Source: Candidatus Sigynarchaeum calidifontis
GTDB lineage: Archaea > Asgardarchaeota > Lokiarchaeia > Sigyniarchaeales > Sigyniarchaeaceae
Direction of reading: 5' to 3'
Length of the DNA: 26,642 bases
NCBI GenBank assembly: GCA_030587475.2
Contig: JAUQYZ020000062.1
Coordinates: forward strand, 1 to 26,642
Shown: in pieces, positions 15,922 through 26,642 of the stretch
How positions within the stretch are numbered: position 1 is the stretch's first letter
How the letters are laid out: every line of letters begins with the position of its first letter
Translations under genes and position numbers: made by a program
The notes under the pieces: generated by a model
The model's database searches: none
Told to the model about the DNA's origin: nothing
The model's input: the letters and a program-made list of their open reading frames with translations, nothing else

Positions 15922-17076
15922 TCAGGTGCTCTCGGGAACTTTTTTCTCCTTGAACATCTTGACGATGTCCTCGCTCACGTGCGGGATGATGTTCAGGAAG
16001 GGCACGATGCTCTTGGCGAGGCTACCGAAGGAGTTGTTCGAGTCCCCGATGACGACCATCTTCTCCGGCTTGACATTCTGGAACACCTCGGGCAGCGCGT
16101 TGATCATCTGCACCGCGAGGAACCGCTCGTCCGCCGCCTTCATGGCCTCGACCTGGCTCTTGAAACCTTCCGCTTGCGCGAGCATCATCTGGCGTATCTT
16201 TTCAGCTTCACCTTCCGCTTGTGCAGCGAGTTTCATCTTGATCTGTTGTGCCTCGCCCTCAGCGGTGATCACCTTCTGCTGTCGTGCCGCGTCCGCTTCG
16301 ATCTTGATTCGCTCGCGTTCCTGGTTGACGACCGCGATCTCGCGCTCCTTCGACTTTAATTCGATCAACTGGCGCATCTCCTCTTCCTGGATGCCGATCT
16401 TCTGGTTCACTTGCAGCTCTTGGGTTCGCGCGATCTCTTCAGCTTTTGCCTTGGCAATGCGTGCCTGCTGCTCGGCAATGCTCTTCTTGAGCTGCTCCAT
16501 GTTCCGCTTGAGCGTCTCGTCGATGATGTGCACCTCCTTGATCTCGATGGACTCGATCGTGATGCCCCAATCCGCGACGAGATCGTGCAGGCGATCCGCG
16601 ATGGCCTTGATGATGTCCATGCGTTCCCTGATGATCGTCTCCAGCTCCATGTTCGCGCACGTCGTGCGGATGATGGCTTCCGTCGCGTTGCGGAGCACGT
16701 GTTCGACATAATTGCTCGACCTGGGTTCCCACGAGACTGCCGTGTAGGCCACGTCTGGCTTGATGACCCGCCAGTACAAGTACGCTTCGAGAGAGATATC
16801 CTGAAGCTCCCGAGACACGAGATTCTGCCGCGCCTCGAGGCTGGTTTGCTGGGTCGTCGTCGGGATGACGATAACATCGTCAATGAGCGGGAGCTTGAAT
16901 AATTTCCCGCCAAGCCCGGCTGTCTTCACCTTACCATTTCGCAAATGGATAACAAACTCGTTGGTCTTGAACTTGCGATATCGGCTCACGAGAACCATCG
17001 CAATGATGAACCCGAGCAGCCCGAGAGCGAGCCCGACCAGCCACCCGTACTGCTCTACCTGGTAGATTGCCAACAT
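15922..17076 (-). CDS. SPFH/band 7 flotillin-like protein
   Basis: N-terminal TM helix, SPFH core (WGITIESIEIKEV) and an AE/EA-rich coiled coil (AEGEA repeats). Confidence 0.93.
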   Translation of the reverse strand: MLAIYQVEQYGWLVGLALGLLGFIIAMVLVSRYRKFKTNEFVIHLRNGKVKTAGLGGKLFKLPLIDDVIVIPTTTQQTSLEARQNLVSRELQDISLEAYLYWRVIKPDVAYTAVSWEPRSSNYVEHVLRNATEAIIRTTCANMELETIIRERMDIIKAIADRLHDLVADWGITIESIEIKEVHIIDETLKRNMEQLKKSIAEQQARIAKAKAEEIARTQELQVNQKIGIQEEEMRQLIELKSKEREIAVVNQERERIKIEADAARQQKVITAEGEAQQIKMKLAAQAEGEAEKIRQMMLAQAEGFKSQVEAMKAADERFLAVQMINALPEVFQNVKPEKMVVIGDSNNSFGSLAKSIVPFLNIIPHVSEDIVKMFKEKKVPEST

Positions 17077-17215
17077 TGTTGGTATGCCTCCGTTTTAGAT
17101 TCTTGTTTCGATCATGTTTGATTCGGTGGTGATAGTACAATCAAGTTCCACGTGTTATCTGTCCAACTACATTTTCTTTGTTCATTGCAATCACATCAGA
17201 TTCAAACCTTGCTCG

Positions 17216-18121
17216 CTAAACGTTGACGTGCCGAGCCTTTCGAACCTCCCGGTAATCATCATCCACGAGGTAATACTTCTTGCCTTGAACCATGCCATGG
17301 TCGCAGATGTAGACTTCCTTTCCCGCGTCGAAAGTCTTGTCGCTGTAGAGCGGCATGACCGGGATGCGTTGGGAACCCATTGGGGTGCCAGGCGCGTCGA
17401 GCCGGACCACGCCACCTTCAATATCAACCTTCATGAACACCTTCACCTTCCGGCCGATGAGTGGCAAGTCCGCGGGGATCACGTACGTCTCGCTCCTCGT
17501 TATCCTTCGCCACACGATCCCGAGCAGCTTGTTGAGCAAGAACGGCGGGACAAAAGCGATTGCGACAACGAGGAGCGTGCTCGTTTCAAGCAAGTTGGAG
17601 AAGCACAGGCCGAGAGCCCCCGAGAACATGAGATAGCCGGCGATCAAGAGCATCAACGGGGCCTTCTGTCCCTTGTCGGACGTGAACAGCATCGCGTCTG
17701 GCGATTCGATGCCCGTGCTCGCGTCGATATCGGCACCCCCGTTCGCATCGCCACCTTGATCGATTGCCGAGTCATCCCCCGCGCCGGCTTCACTCGCCTC
17801 GGCATCGCTGGCATCGGCGTCACCATCGTCGATTTCCCCGGCATCCGCGTCATCGAGTTCTGCATCGCTGGCATCTGCATCCCCCGCGTCGATTTCCCCG
17901 GCATCCGCGTCATCGAGCTCGGCATCTCCTGCATCGGCCTCGCCTCCCCCGACGTCTTGATCATCAAGACCGTGGTCGCTGGCATCTTGTTCCCCGGCCT
18001 CGCTCCCGCTACCGTGGGTCATCGATATGCCCAGCAAGATCATCAGCATGACGGTCACGACAACCCCGCCGACAAAGAATCCCCAGAAAACTTGTATTAA
18101 CCATTCAAATGCCATAAGCAT
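17216..18121 (-). CDS. NfeD-like (YqiJ-type) membrane partner of flotillin with long Asp/Ala/Gly repeat
   Basis: N-terminal TM, acidic repeat, further TMs and a C-terminal OB-fold-like segment (LIGRKVKV...GGVVRL); directly upstream of the SPFH gene. Start ATG 18121 or 18115. Confidence 0.8.
   Translation of the reverse strand: MLMAFEWLIQVFWGFFVGGVVVTVMLMILLGISMTHGSGSEAGEQDASDHGLDDQDVGGGEADAGDAELDDADAGEIDAGDADASDAELDDADAGEIDDGDADASDAEASEAGAGDDSAIDQGGDANGGADIDASTGIESPDAMLFTSDKGQKAPLMLLIAGYLMFSGALGLCFSNLLETSTLLVVAIAFVPPFLLNKLLGIVWRRITRSETYVIPADLPLIGRKVKVFMKVDIEGGVVRLDAPGTPMGSQRIPVMPLYSDKTFDAGKEVYICDHGMVQGKKYYLVDDDYREVRKARHVNV
17802..17935 (-). repeat. Intragenic 60-bp tandem repeat (~2.2 copies), DAELDDADAGEIDxGDADAS
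   Basis: CGTCGATTTCCCCGGCATCCGCGTCATCGAG recurs at a 60-bp period. Confidence 0.9.
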
Positions 18122-18614
18122 CACGCTGTTTTCCGTTTTCCTTGCTTTTTTTTTCAAGTGCTGCCTGTCATTATAATAAAGGGATCGAGATCCTTGCCCG
18201 TTAATGAAATCCAGCTCGGATCAAGGCTATGTCCCAAAAAATCTGATTTATACCTATCATCATAAATACATATGTTTTGATCGGTAACCCGCATCCTTCA
18301 TTCACGCCCCTACCACGATGCAGCACCTTTTGGTGGTGCCTATTCTCGCCTTTCGGAGAAAACATGCCATTTTCCGCGTCGCGATGACTTGAACGTCATG
18401 TATTCCGTCTCCACTTTTCATTTCCATCGTCTTTTCATGCGATCTCGTCATGAGGCGGCAAGGATTCACTTCCAACCTTTTTTTACATCGAGATGCGGGA
18501 ATGTAAAGGTCTGCTTTTCCGTGTCCAGCTCGCATTTTTGTCGGGACGTGGCATCTTTATATCCTGGCGCGCCCGTGTTATGATTGAAAGCCTCACAGCA
18601 CGTGTTGAACGCCG

Positions 18615-18926
18615 ATGATCAATTTTTACGTGTACATGCTCGAGGTGACGGGAATAGATGGCGCCCGGTCACTCTACGTCGGTTCGACAAATTCGATAGA
18701 GCGACGCTTTAGCGAGCACGTTAAAGGTGAAGGTGCGATGTACACGAAAAACAAGCTAGTCAAACTGGTTTTTTATCAGAGCTTCAAGACACGTGCCGAG
18801 GCCATGCGGCGGGAACGGCAGTTGAAGCAGATGACACCTAGCAAGAAGCGCGCCCTCATCGATGACATCTTCGAGAACGAGTACCTCACTGAAGATACTG
18901 CCATTTTTCCACAGTGGGCCCGGTAA
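18615..18926 (+). CDS. GIY-YIG nuclease family protein (UPF0213-like)
   Basis: FYVYML...LYVGSTNSIERRFSEH..GEGAMYTK...EAMRRERQLK. Confidence 0.92.
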   Translation: MINFYVYMLEVTGIDGARSLYVGSTNSIERRFSEHVKGEGAMYTKNKLVKLVFYQSFKTRAEAMRRERQLKQMTPSKKRALIDDIFENEYLTEDTAIFPQWAR

Positions 18927-18997
18927 AACCCCGTATACGTAGATCTGGATCATATGTCGCTCTATCAATGGCCTCCCTGGCATCCTCATTGATTGTC

Positions 18998-19273
18998 ATG
19001 TTTTATACCTACATGATCGAATGCAAGGGAAAGGATGGAAGGCTCACCTTGTACACGGGATATACAAAATCCATCAAGCGTCGCCTTGCCGAGCACGGGA
19101 GCAGCCGTGGGGCACGGTATACCAGGGGCAAGATCCTTCGACTCGTGTTTTTCCAGACGTTTCGGACGCGAATCGAAGCCATGCGGCGCGAGCGGGAAAT
19201 AAAAGGGCTGTCCAAGGCAATAAAGCTATCACTCGTGAAGGATGCGCGTGTCAACGAGTACCTCGCGTGTTAG
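18998..19273 (+). CDS. GIY-YIG nuclease family protein (UPF0213-like), second copy
   Basis: FYTYMI...LYTGYTKSIKRRLAEH..RGARYTRG...EAMRREREIK. Confidence 0.92.
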   Translation: MFYTYMIECKGKDGRLTLYTGYTKSIKRRLAEHGSSRGARYTRGKILRLVFFQTFRTRIEAMRREREIKGLSKAIKLSLVKDARVNEYLAC

Positions 19274-19320
19274 AATAAAGAAATAGGGACGTTGGAAAGA
19301 AAAGGAACGATACCACGTGT

Positions 19321-21636
<2,316 letters not shown>

Positions 21637-21872
21637 TCACGTAAAAACAAACAATGTTCGCATAAAACCTTGACCGTGGTACAGCCGCGTGCACATGTCC
21701 ACTGTGTAACGAATCGACCATTATCTGCGATGTCGCACGCATTTTATACGCTGGTCAGCGAGAAAGAAAAGCGAAAATGGTCTAAAAAACCTACCTCCTT
21801 CGGTGCATTAGCTTGTTAAGTTACATGAAGCATCGCGCAATCGTTTTTTACCCGGTTTCCATTGCCTTATTG

Positions 21873-22532
21873 ATGATACTCGAGTTAAAGGCGGATTATG
21901 ACCGCATGCTCCCGCGGAACCAAGCCGGCGTTCGATTCACGTTCGCCCATGTCGTACTAGCATTGTTTCTGTTCGATATGCACGGGAAACTCGGGAGAGT
22001 CGAGCTGGAACGGCAGCTCGCGCTCGGGCGGGGTTCCTTGCGAACATTTGTCATGAGATTGAAAAAAAACTTGGGACTCGTGGTATCGTCTTCGACAAGA
22101 GCCCACGTGCTTTCTGAACGCGGGAAAACGGTTGTTAAGAAAATCAAGGAGCAACTCTCGGTCATCGGCGACATTCCCATCATTTTCGACGAGCTGAAGT
22201 TCGCGAAGTACAACGCACTCGCGCGATTATGTGCTTCGAGTCTCGTGCCAGGGCGAGAAATCGAGCCCATGCGTCTCGTCGACGTGGCGCGTGCTAACGG
22301 CGGGAAAGGGCTGCTCTCTTTAATCGTGCAAGCCGGCCGGGCGCTGAAGGTGCTCGGCGTTCACATGGACTTGAAGAAGCAATATTCGGCGGAATGGTCC
22401 AGACTCAACGAGCTCTTCACGCTCGTGGAGGGGGACTTGTTGCTCATCGCATGGGCAGATACCGAGCGCGATGCAAAGATCGCTGTCATCGCGGCGGCGG
22501 TGGCATCTCTAGAAATGATGACCCGTGAATAG
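21873..22532 (+). CDS. DUF4443/DUF2111-like protein (N-terminal wHTH plus GAD-like domain)
   Basis: GRVELERQLALGRGSLRTFVMRL HTH; LVDVARANGGKG and EGDLLLIAWAD. Start uncertain. Confidence 0.65.
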   Translation: MILELKADYDRMLPRNQAGVRFTFAHVVLALFLFDMHGKLGRVELERQLALGRGSLRTFVMRLKKNLGLVVSSSTRAHVLSERGKTVVKKIKEQLSVIGDIPIIFDELKFAKYNALARLCASSLVPGREIEPMRLVDVARANGGKGLLSLIVQAGRALKVLGVHMDLKKQYSAEWSRLNELFTLVEGDLLLIAWADTERDAKIAVIAAAVASLEMMTRE

Positions 22533-22561
22533 CGAAGAATTTTGATGAAAAAAGGAGATAT

Positions 22562-23434
22562 TCATTTAATTTGCTCGTTGATCTTCGCGAATATATTATT
22601 AAAAGCGTGTTTTGCATAGGAATCTTGCTTTTGCGAGATCACGGGGACAGGCTCTATTACTTGTTGAACCGTTGGTGGATCTAACGGGATAGATCCAAGA
22701 AAGGGCACGCCAAGATCACGTGCAAGACGACTTGCACCATCCGGGGAACCAAAAAGACGCTCCTCGTGGCCACACCTGCTGCATTTGTACACGCTCATGT
22801 TTTCCACAACGCCGAGCACCTTCACGCCCATTTTTTCAGCCATCACGATGGTCTTCCCAACACTCGTCGTGCTCAATTCTTGAGCTGTCGTCACGACGAC
22901 GACGCCATCCAGCGGTTTCACGAGCTGCATGATATCGAGAACTTCATCGCCCGTGCCGGGCGGCAAATCGATTATCAGATAATCGAGATCTCCCCAGTTC
23001 ACCATGCCGAGATATTCGCGGAGCACGCCCATCTTCATCGGGCCACGCCATATCACGGGTGTTTTATCGTCTGGGAGCAAGAATGCAGTTGACATGACCT
23101 TGATGTTAAGGGGTCCTTTCGATGGGATGATGGTCTTGGTAACCGGGTCAATTTCGGGGGGCGCCATATCGATGCCGAGTAACTTGTGCAATGTAGGTCC
23201 CGTAATGTCGATGTCGAGTGCCCCCGTCGCTCTACCCGCCTCGGCGAATTTGACCGCAAGATTGGCAGCAACCGTCGTCTTCCCCACCCCGCCCTTTCCC
23301 GAGATGATCGCTATCTTGTGCTTGATGCGCGCCATGTTCGCCTCGATTTTTTGTTGCAGCTCCATCTGTTGCGCCCGCCTCTCAAGTGTCGGGCTAGACT
23401 TGATATCCGGAACATTATCTTGTTTTTCCGCCAT
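22562..23434 (-). CDS. mrp: Mrp/NBP35 (ApbC) Fe-S cluster carrier ATPase
   Basis: SGKGGVGKTT, DIDITGP, VIWRGPM, DLPPGTGD and VENMSVYKCSRC. Confidence 0.95.
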   Translation of the reverse strand: MAEKQDNVPDIKSSPTLERRAQQMELQQKIEANMARIKHKIAIISGKGGVGKTTVAANLAVKFAEAGRATGALDIDITGPTLHKLLGIDMAPPEIDPVTKTIIPSKGPLNIKVMSTAFLLPDDKTPVIWRGPMKMGVLREYLGMVNWGDLDYLIIDLPPGTGDEVLDIMQLVKPLDGVVVVTTAQELSTTSVGKTIVMAEKMGVKVLGVVENMSVYKCSRCGHEERLFGSPDGASRLARDLGVPFLGSIPLDPPTVQQVIEPVPVISQKQDSYAKHAFNNIFAKINEQIK

Positions 23435-23586
23435 TGGTTCCACCTGACATTCCAATTCCTACAAAAATGTCATGTGTACGGAACCACAAAAAAAACACGG
23501 CTTTGCCGCAATTGCATGAGAAGCATGAGACGAATGGTGAAATCGTGCAAGATACCACATGGCGTGTGTTTTAAGCGTGTCTCCCT

Positions 23587-24357
23587 TTAGGAAGACGGTT
23601 TCCCTTGCCAATACAGGTTATAGAGGAATTTCAAGCACGCTTCTTTATAAGCGGGCGCGATGTTGATGGCCGTGATCCGGTTTGACGTGTACGCCACGGT
23701 CAACAATCCATTCTCGATGAGCGCCTTCAACTTGCGTACCAGGGTCGTGCGCGGCAGATCCAAGGCATGTAGCAAGTCTTGAAAGGATAATCCAGGGTTC
23801 GTCGCGATCTGCTTGAAGATGTCTATTGAATCCTCCTTGTGGATGTAATAATAAAATATATCGAGCGCCTTGTCGAGGAACTTATCGAAAAAAACCGTGC
23901 TGTTCCCGAATTTCTCGACGCGGATGAAATCAAACTTTTCAAGCATTTTCAGATGCCAGATAAGAGTATTAGAGTCAAGGTTGACGGCGTCGCGGATTTT
24001 CGAGAAATAAATGCCCGGTTCGGCCTTGATGATGTCGAGGATGCGCTTGCGCAGGTCATTCTTCAACACGCCATCTCGGGACGTGGCTTTGCCTGGGAAG
24101 AGTACCCGCTTCTTGATGAGGTAGTCGATGGACTTCATGACGTCGACATTGTCTGCTTCCGTGATCTCGCGGGCACACGCGTAATATAGCTTGCGGGAAT
24201 CGAGAATATAGTGCTTGCTCATGAGCTCCTTGGCGATCCTCATGATCCGCTCTTGAAGTGGCGTCGGTTGAAAGCCATACTCCCAGGGCTCTTCGACCTC
24301 CTCCGGTTCTCCCTCGTCATCGATGCGGATGATGTCGTTTGGATCCTGATCGCTCAT
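23587..24357 (-). CDS. Tandem winged-helix transcriptional regulator
   Basis: RKRILDIIKAEPGIYFSKI...WHLKMLEKFDFI and IATNPGLSFQDL...RKLKALIENGLL. Confidence 0.85.
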   Translation of the reverse strand: MSDQDPNDIIRIDDEGEPEEVEEPWEYGFQPTPLQERIMRIAKELMSKHYILDSRKLYYACAREITEADNVDVMKSIDYLIKKRVLFPGKATSRDGVLKNDLRKRILDIIKAEPGIYFSKIRDAVNLDSNTLIWHLKMLEKFDFIRVEKFGNSTVFFDKFLDKALDIFYYYIHKEDSIDIFKQIATNPGLSFQDLLHALDLPRTTLVRKLKALIENGLLTVAYTSNRITAINIAPAYKEACLKFLYNLYWQGKPSS

Positions 24358-24373
24358 GTTACATCGCACGGGC

Positions 24374-24868
24374 TCAATACGCGACGTCGAAGTCAACGTT
24401 CGCCTGGAAGATGTCGTCGATGTACTTCAGCCGCTGTTCTGGGGGAATGTCCTTGAGCGCGTTGAAGATTTCATCTTGAACATCGTCATCAACGTGCAAG
24501 TCTCTAACTTTTTTCAAGACATCCGGGGTGAACATGGCTAGCTCGAAGGTCGGGAGCCCATCATCGCGTTGTGCAGCCGCGGGTGCTTGCTGGTCCTTGG
24601 GTGCCGCGGCGGTTTCCGGCGTGATTATTGTCCTGGGCTCGACGAATGTCGACTTGGCCTTTGATTTTTTCTTCGTGGGAACGTGAATGCTCGTACCCCT
24701 GTACTCGTGATAGGATGCCACCACAACGACGCTTCCCACGAACGTGGAAAGTAAAACGAGCAGCGTGTTGTTTTGGATGTTAATATTGAACATGATAACG
24801 ACAAAAAGTATATATACGGACATGCATCCCACGATCTTGAAATACCTTGCCTTTTTTTGGGGTTCCAT
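24374..24868 (-). CDS. Small membrane protein (2 TM, linker, acidic helical C-terminal domain)
   Basis: Two N-terminal hydrophobic segments; ends 16 bp upstream of the wHTH gene. Confidence 0.75.
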   Translation of the reverse strand: MEPQKKARYFKIVGCMSVYILFVVIMFNINIQNNTLLVLLSTFVGSVVVVASYHEYRGTSIHVPTKKKSKAKSTFVEPRTIITPETAAAPKDQQAPAAAQRDDGLPTFELAMFTPDVLKKVRDLHVDDDVQDEIFNALKDIPPEQRLKYIDDIFQANVDFDVAY

Positions 24869-25150
24869 GAGATTTACCTGCCTTTTGGGCGAGAATGCCA
24901 CGAATCGAACCGTTCAACGTGGTCGTCAAGGGTACTATTGGATAGCAGATCTATAAACCAGCTACCACCAAAAATGCACACTTGGATAATGTACAGATTC
25001 ATCTTCAAGAAACGGATTTAGTTCTCGCGATTCCCTTGGCTGCATAATAATTGAGAGCCGGAATACCACTTTTCATGAAAAACATCGTGGCTTCGGATCG
25101 GGCTTTTCCGATCAACGCCATGGAAGCGATCCTTGATGAAAATCCCCGAG

Positions 25151-25771
25151 TCATAATTTATTGAATGAAATTAGTGAGCTATCGAGTTTCCAACAAAAAA
25201 TCCTGATGGAAACGTGGTTCGGATCCGCCGGCGTGTCTTTGAAGCCTGCCGGGACGATGTACGGGCGTCCGAGCTCGATGTTTTCTAAGCCACGCGTGAT
25301 CAAGAGGTTATCATATGGAATAGCTGTCGTTGTTTTCTCGACCCGAGTTCTATCCATCCATGCAACACGGTCATTCAAGATCCCCTCGAATTTCAAGACA
25401 TTCATCTCGAAGAAATACAATACCATCGATTTCAAGGGCGATCGTGAATCTCTCTTCCAAACCGAAGCGTGCTCGATGCAAGCGAGCTGAGCCGTGGATC
25501 CACGGAGGCCCGTTTCCTCCTCGATCTCACGGTACAACGCCCCCGTCAGGGATTCATTTACCTTCACCTTGCCGCCCGGAAACAACATCGTTCCGCTAGA
25601 TTCTTTGACAAACAAGTATTGCTCTTTATAACGATTCGATCCCTTGATGAGCCCGATCACGATCACGTTCTTGATATCATCGATTTCCTCGCCCATCCGT
25701 GCCACCTTTTCTTCGTGTTTACAATGTTTTTTCCGTGTCATGTTTCGTGCTTTATTGCTTTCGGAAAACAT
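25151..25771 (-). CDS. Nudix hydrolase
   Basis: Complete Nudix box GKVKVNESLTGALYREIEEETGL. Start uncertain. Confidence 0.88.
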   Translation of the reverse strand: MFSESNKARNMTRKKHCKHEEKVARMGEEIDDIKNVIVIGLIKGSNRYKEQYLFVKESSGTMLFPGGKVKVNESLTGALYREIEEETGLRGSTAQLACIEHASVWKRDSRSPLKSMVLYFFEMNVLKFEGILNDRVAWMDRTRVEKTTTAIPYDNLLITRGLENIELGRPYIVPAGFKDTPADPNHVSIRIFCWKLDSSLISFNKL

Positions 25772-25807
25772 TTTTGAACCACCAAGCAGAAAAACGGTTG
25801 GTTAGAC

Positions 25808-26455
25808 ATGGCGTCTTTCATCGTTCCCGAGAGGTCTGCATTGCTCGTCATCGACATGCAATACGACTTCATGCCCGGCGGCGCGCTGGCAGTTGCCGGT
25901 GGTGACGAGATCATCGATGGCGTGAATGCTTGTATGCGGGATTTTTTCGATGCAGGCGCTGCAGTCGTCATCACCCAAGACTGGCACCCGCCTGACCATG
26001 CATCCTTCGCCTCGGCACACGGCGGGAAACGCCCTTACGACCCGATCGATGGGATACCCGGAATCGGCCCCATTTTATGGCCCGACCATTGCGTCCAGGG
26101 GACTCGCGGTGCGGAGATCCATGACCGCGTTGATAAAAAACACGCACACGTGATCTTGAGAAAGGGCTTTCACCGCCAGATCGACAGCTATTCTGCATTT
26201 GTGGAAAATGACAAGAAAACTGCCACGGGATTGGCCGGGTTCTTGAAGGAGAGAGGCATTATATCTGTGCATATCTGCGGCCTTGCATTCGACTATTGCG
26301 TCTTTTACAGCGCCATCGACGCCGCGGCCCTTGGTTTCAAGGTTTACGTGTTCACGGATCTTTCACGGGCAGTTGGATCCCCGCCGGGAATACTCGAAAG
26401 TGTTAGCGTCTCTTATGCCACGCATGGATGCGCGCTGCGGCGATATCTGTCATGA
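25808..26455 (+). CDS. pncA: Nicotinamidase/pyrazinamidase
   Basis: LLVIDMQYDF.PGGALAV, QDWHP, WPDHCVQGT.GA, RKG, DSYSAF and GLAFDYCV. Confidence 0.95.
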   Translation: MASFIVPERSALLVIDMQYDFMPGGALAVAGGDEIIDGVNACMRDFFDAGAAVVITQDWHPPDHASFASAHGGKRPYDPIDGIPGIGPILWPDHCVQGTRGAEIHDRVDKKHAHVILRKGFHRQIDSYSAFVENDKKTATGLAGFLKERGIISVHICGLAFDYCVFYSAIDAAALGFKVYVFTDLSRAVGSPPGILESVSVSYATHGCALRRYLS

Positions 26456-26642
26456 TCCTTTCCTTTCTTGCAATCCGTGCAAATGCCGGCGTATCTTTTT
26501 TTCGCGATGTAGCTCTGGAAACCACGACAGGCCGTGTAAATCGCAATTGATTTATGCAACAATTGGGCTATCGAGGATGGCGCGAAAACATTGAGGGAAT
26601 CTAGAATAACTTAATAATGGTTGATCGTTCCAATCGATCAAT

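Noticed and set aside
18615-19273. GIY-YIG genes as homing endonucleases or a mobile intron
   Set aside because: They are stand-alone ~100-aa UPF0213-type proteins with no DNA-binding extension and no interrupted host gene.

Overview
Archaeal chromosomal window, most likely from a GC-rich Asgard archaeon (Lokiarchaeia-like). This is inferred from a Rab-like small GTPase, PCI-type winged-helix repeats, PSTK, CDC48, mvhG-hdrCB and archaeal TATA boxes. In order it contains: a 3'-truncated gene absent from the ORF track (nested Zn fingers followed by five tandem PCI/UFL1-like winged helices); an accessory islet (MNT-HEPN toxin-antitoxin, RmuC-like nuclease in frame with HEPN, about 1 kb of non-coding DNA rich in repeats and hairpins, VapBC); an mvhG-hdrC-hdrB operon whose MvhG has a duplicated Fe-S module; osmC; a Rab-like GTPase; a co-oriented run of NfeD-like, flotillin, degenerate beta-carbonic anhydrase, PSTK and DUF47 genes; two tandem GIY-YIG genes; cdc48; a DUF4443-like gene; Mrp/NBP35; a wHTH regulator; a Nudix hydrolase; and pncA. 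I found no tRNA, rRNA, CRISPR array or transposase. All family assignments come from motifs recognised by eye; no searches were run.
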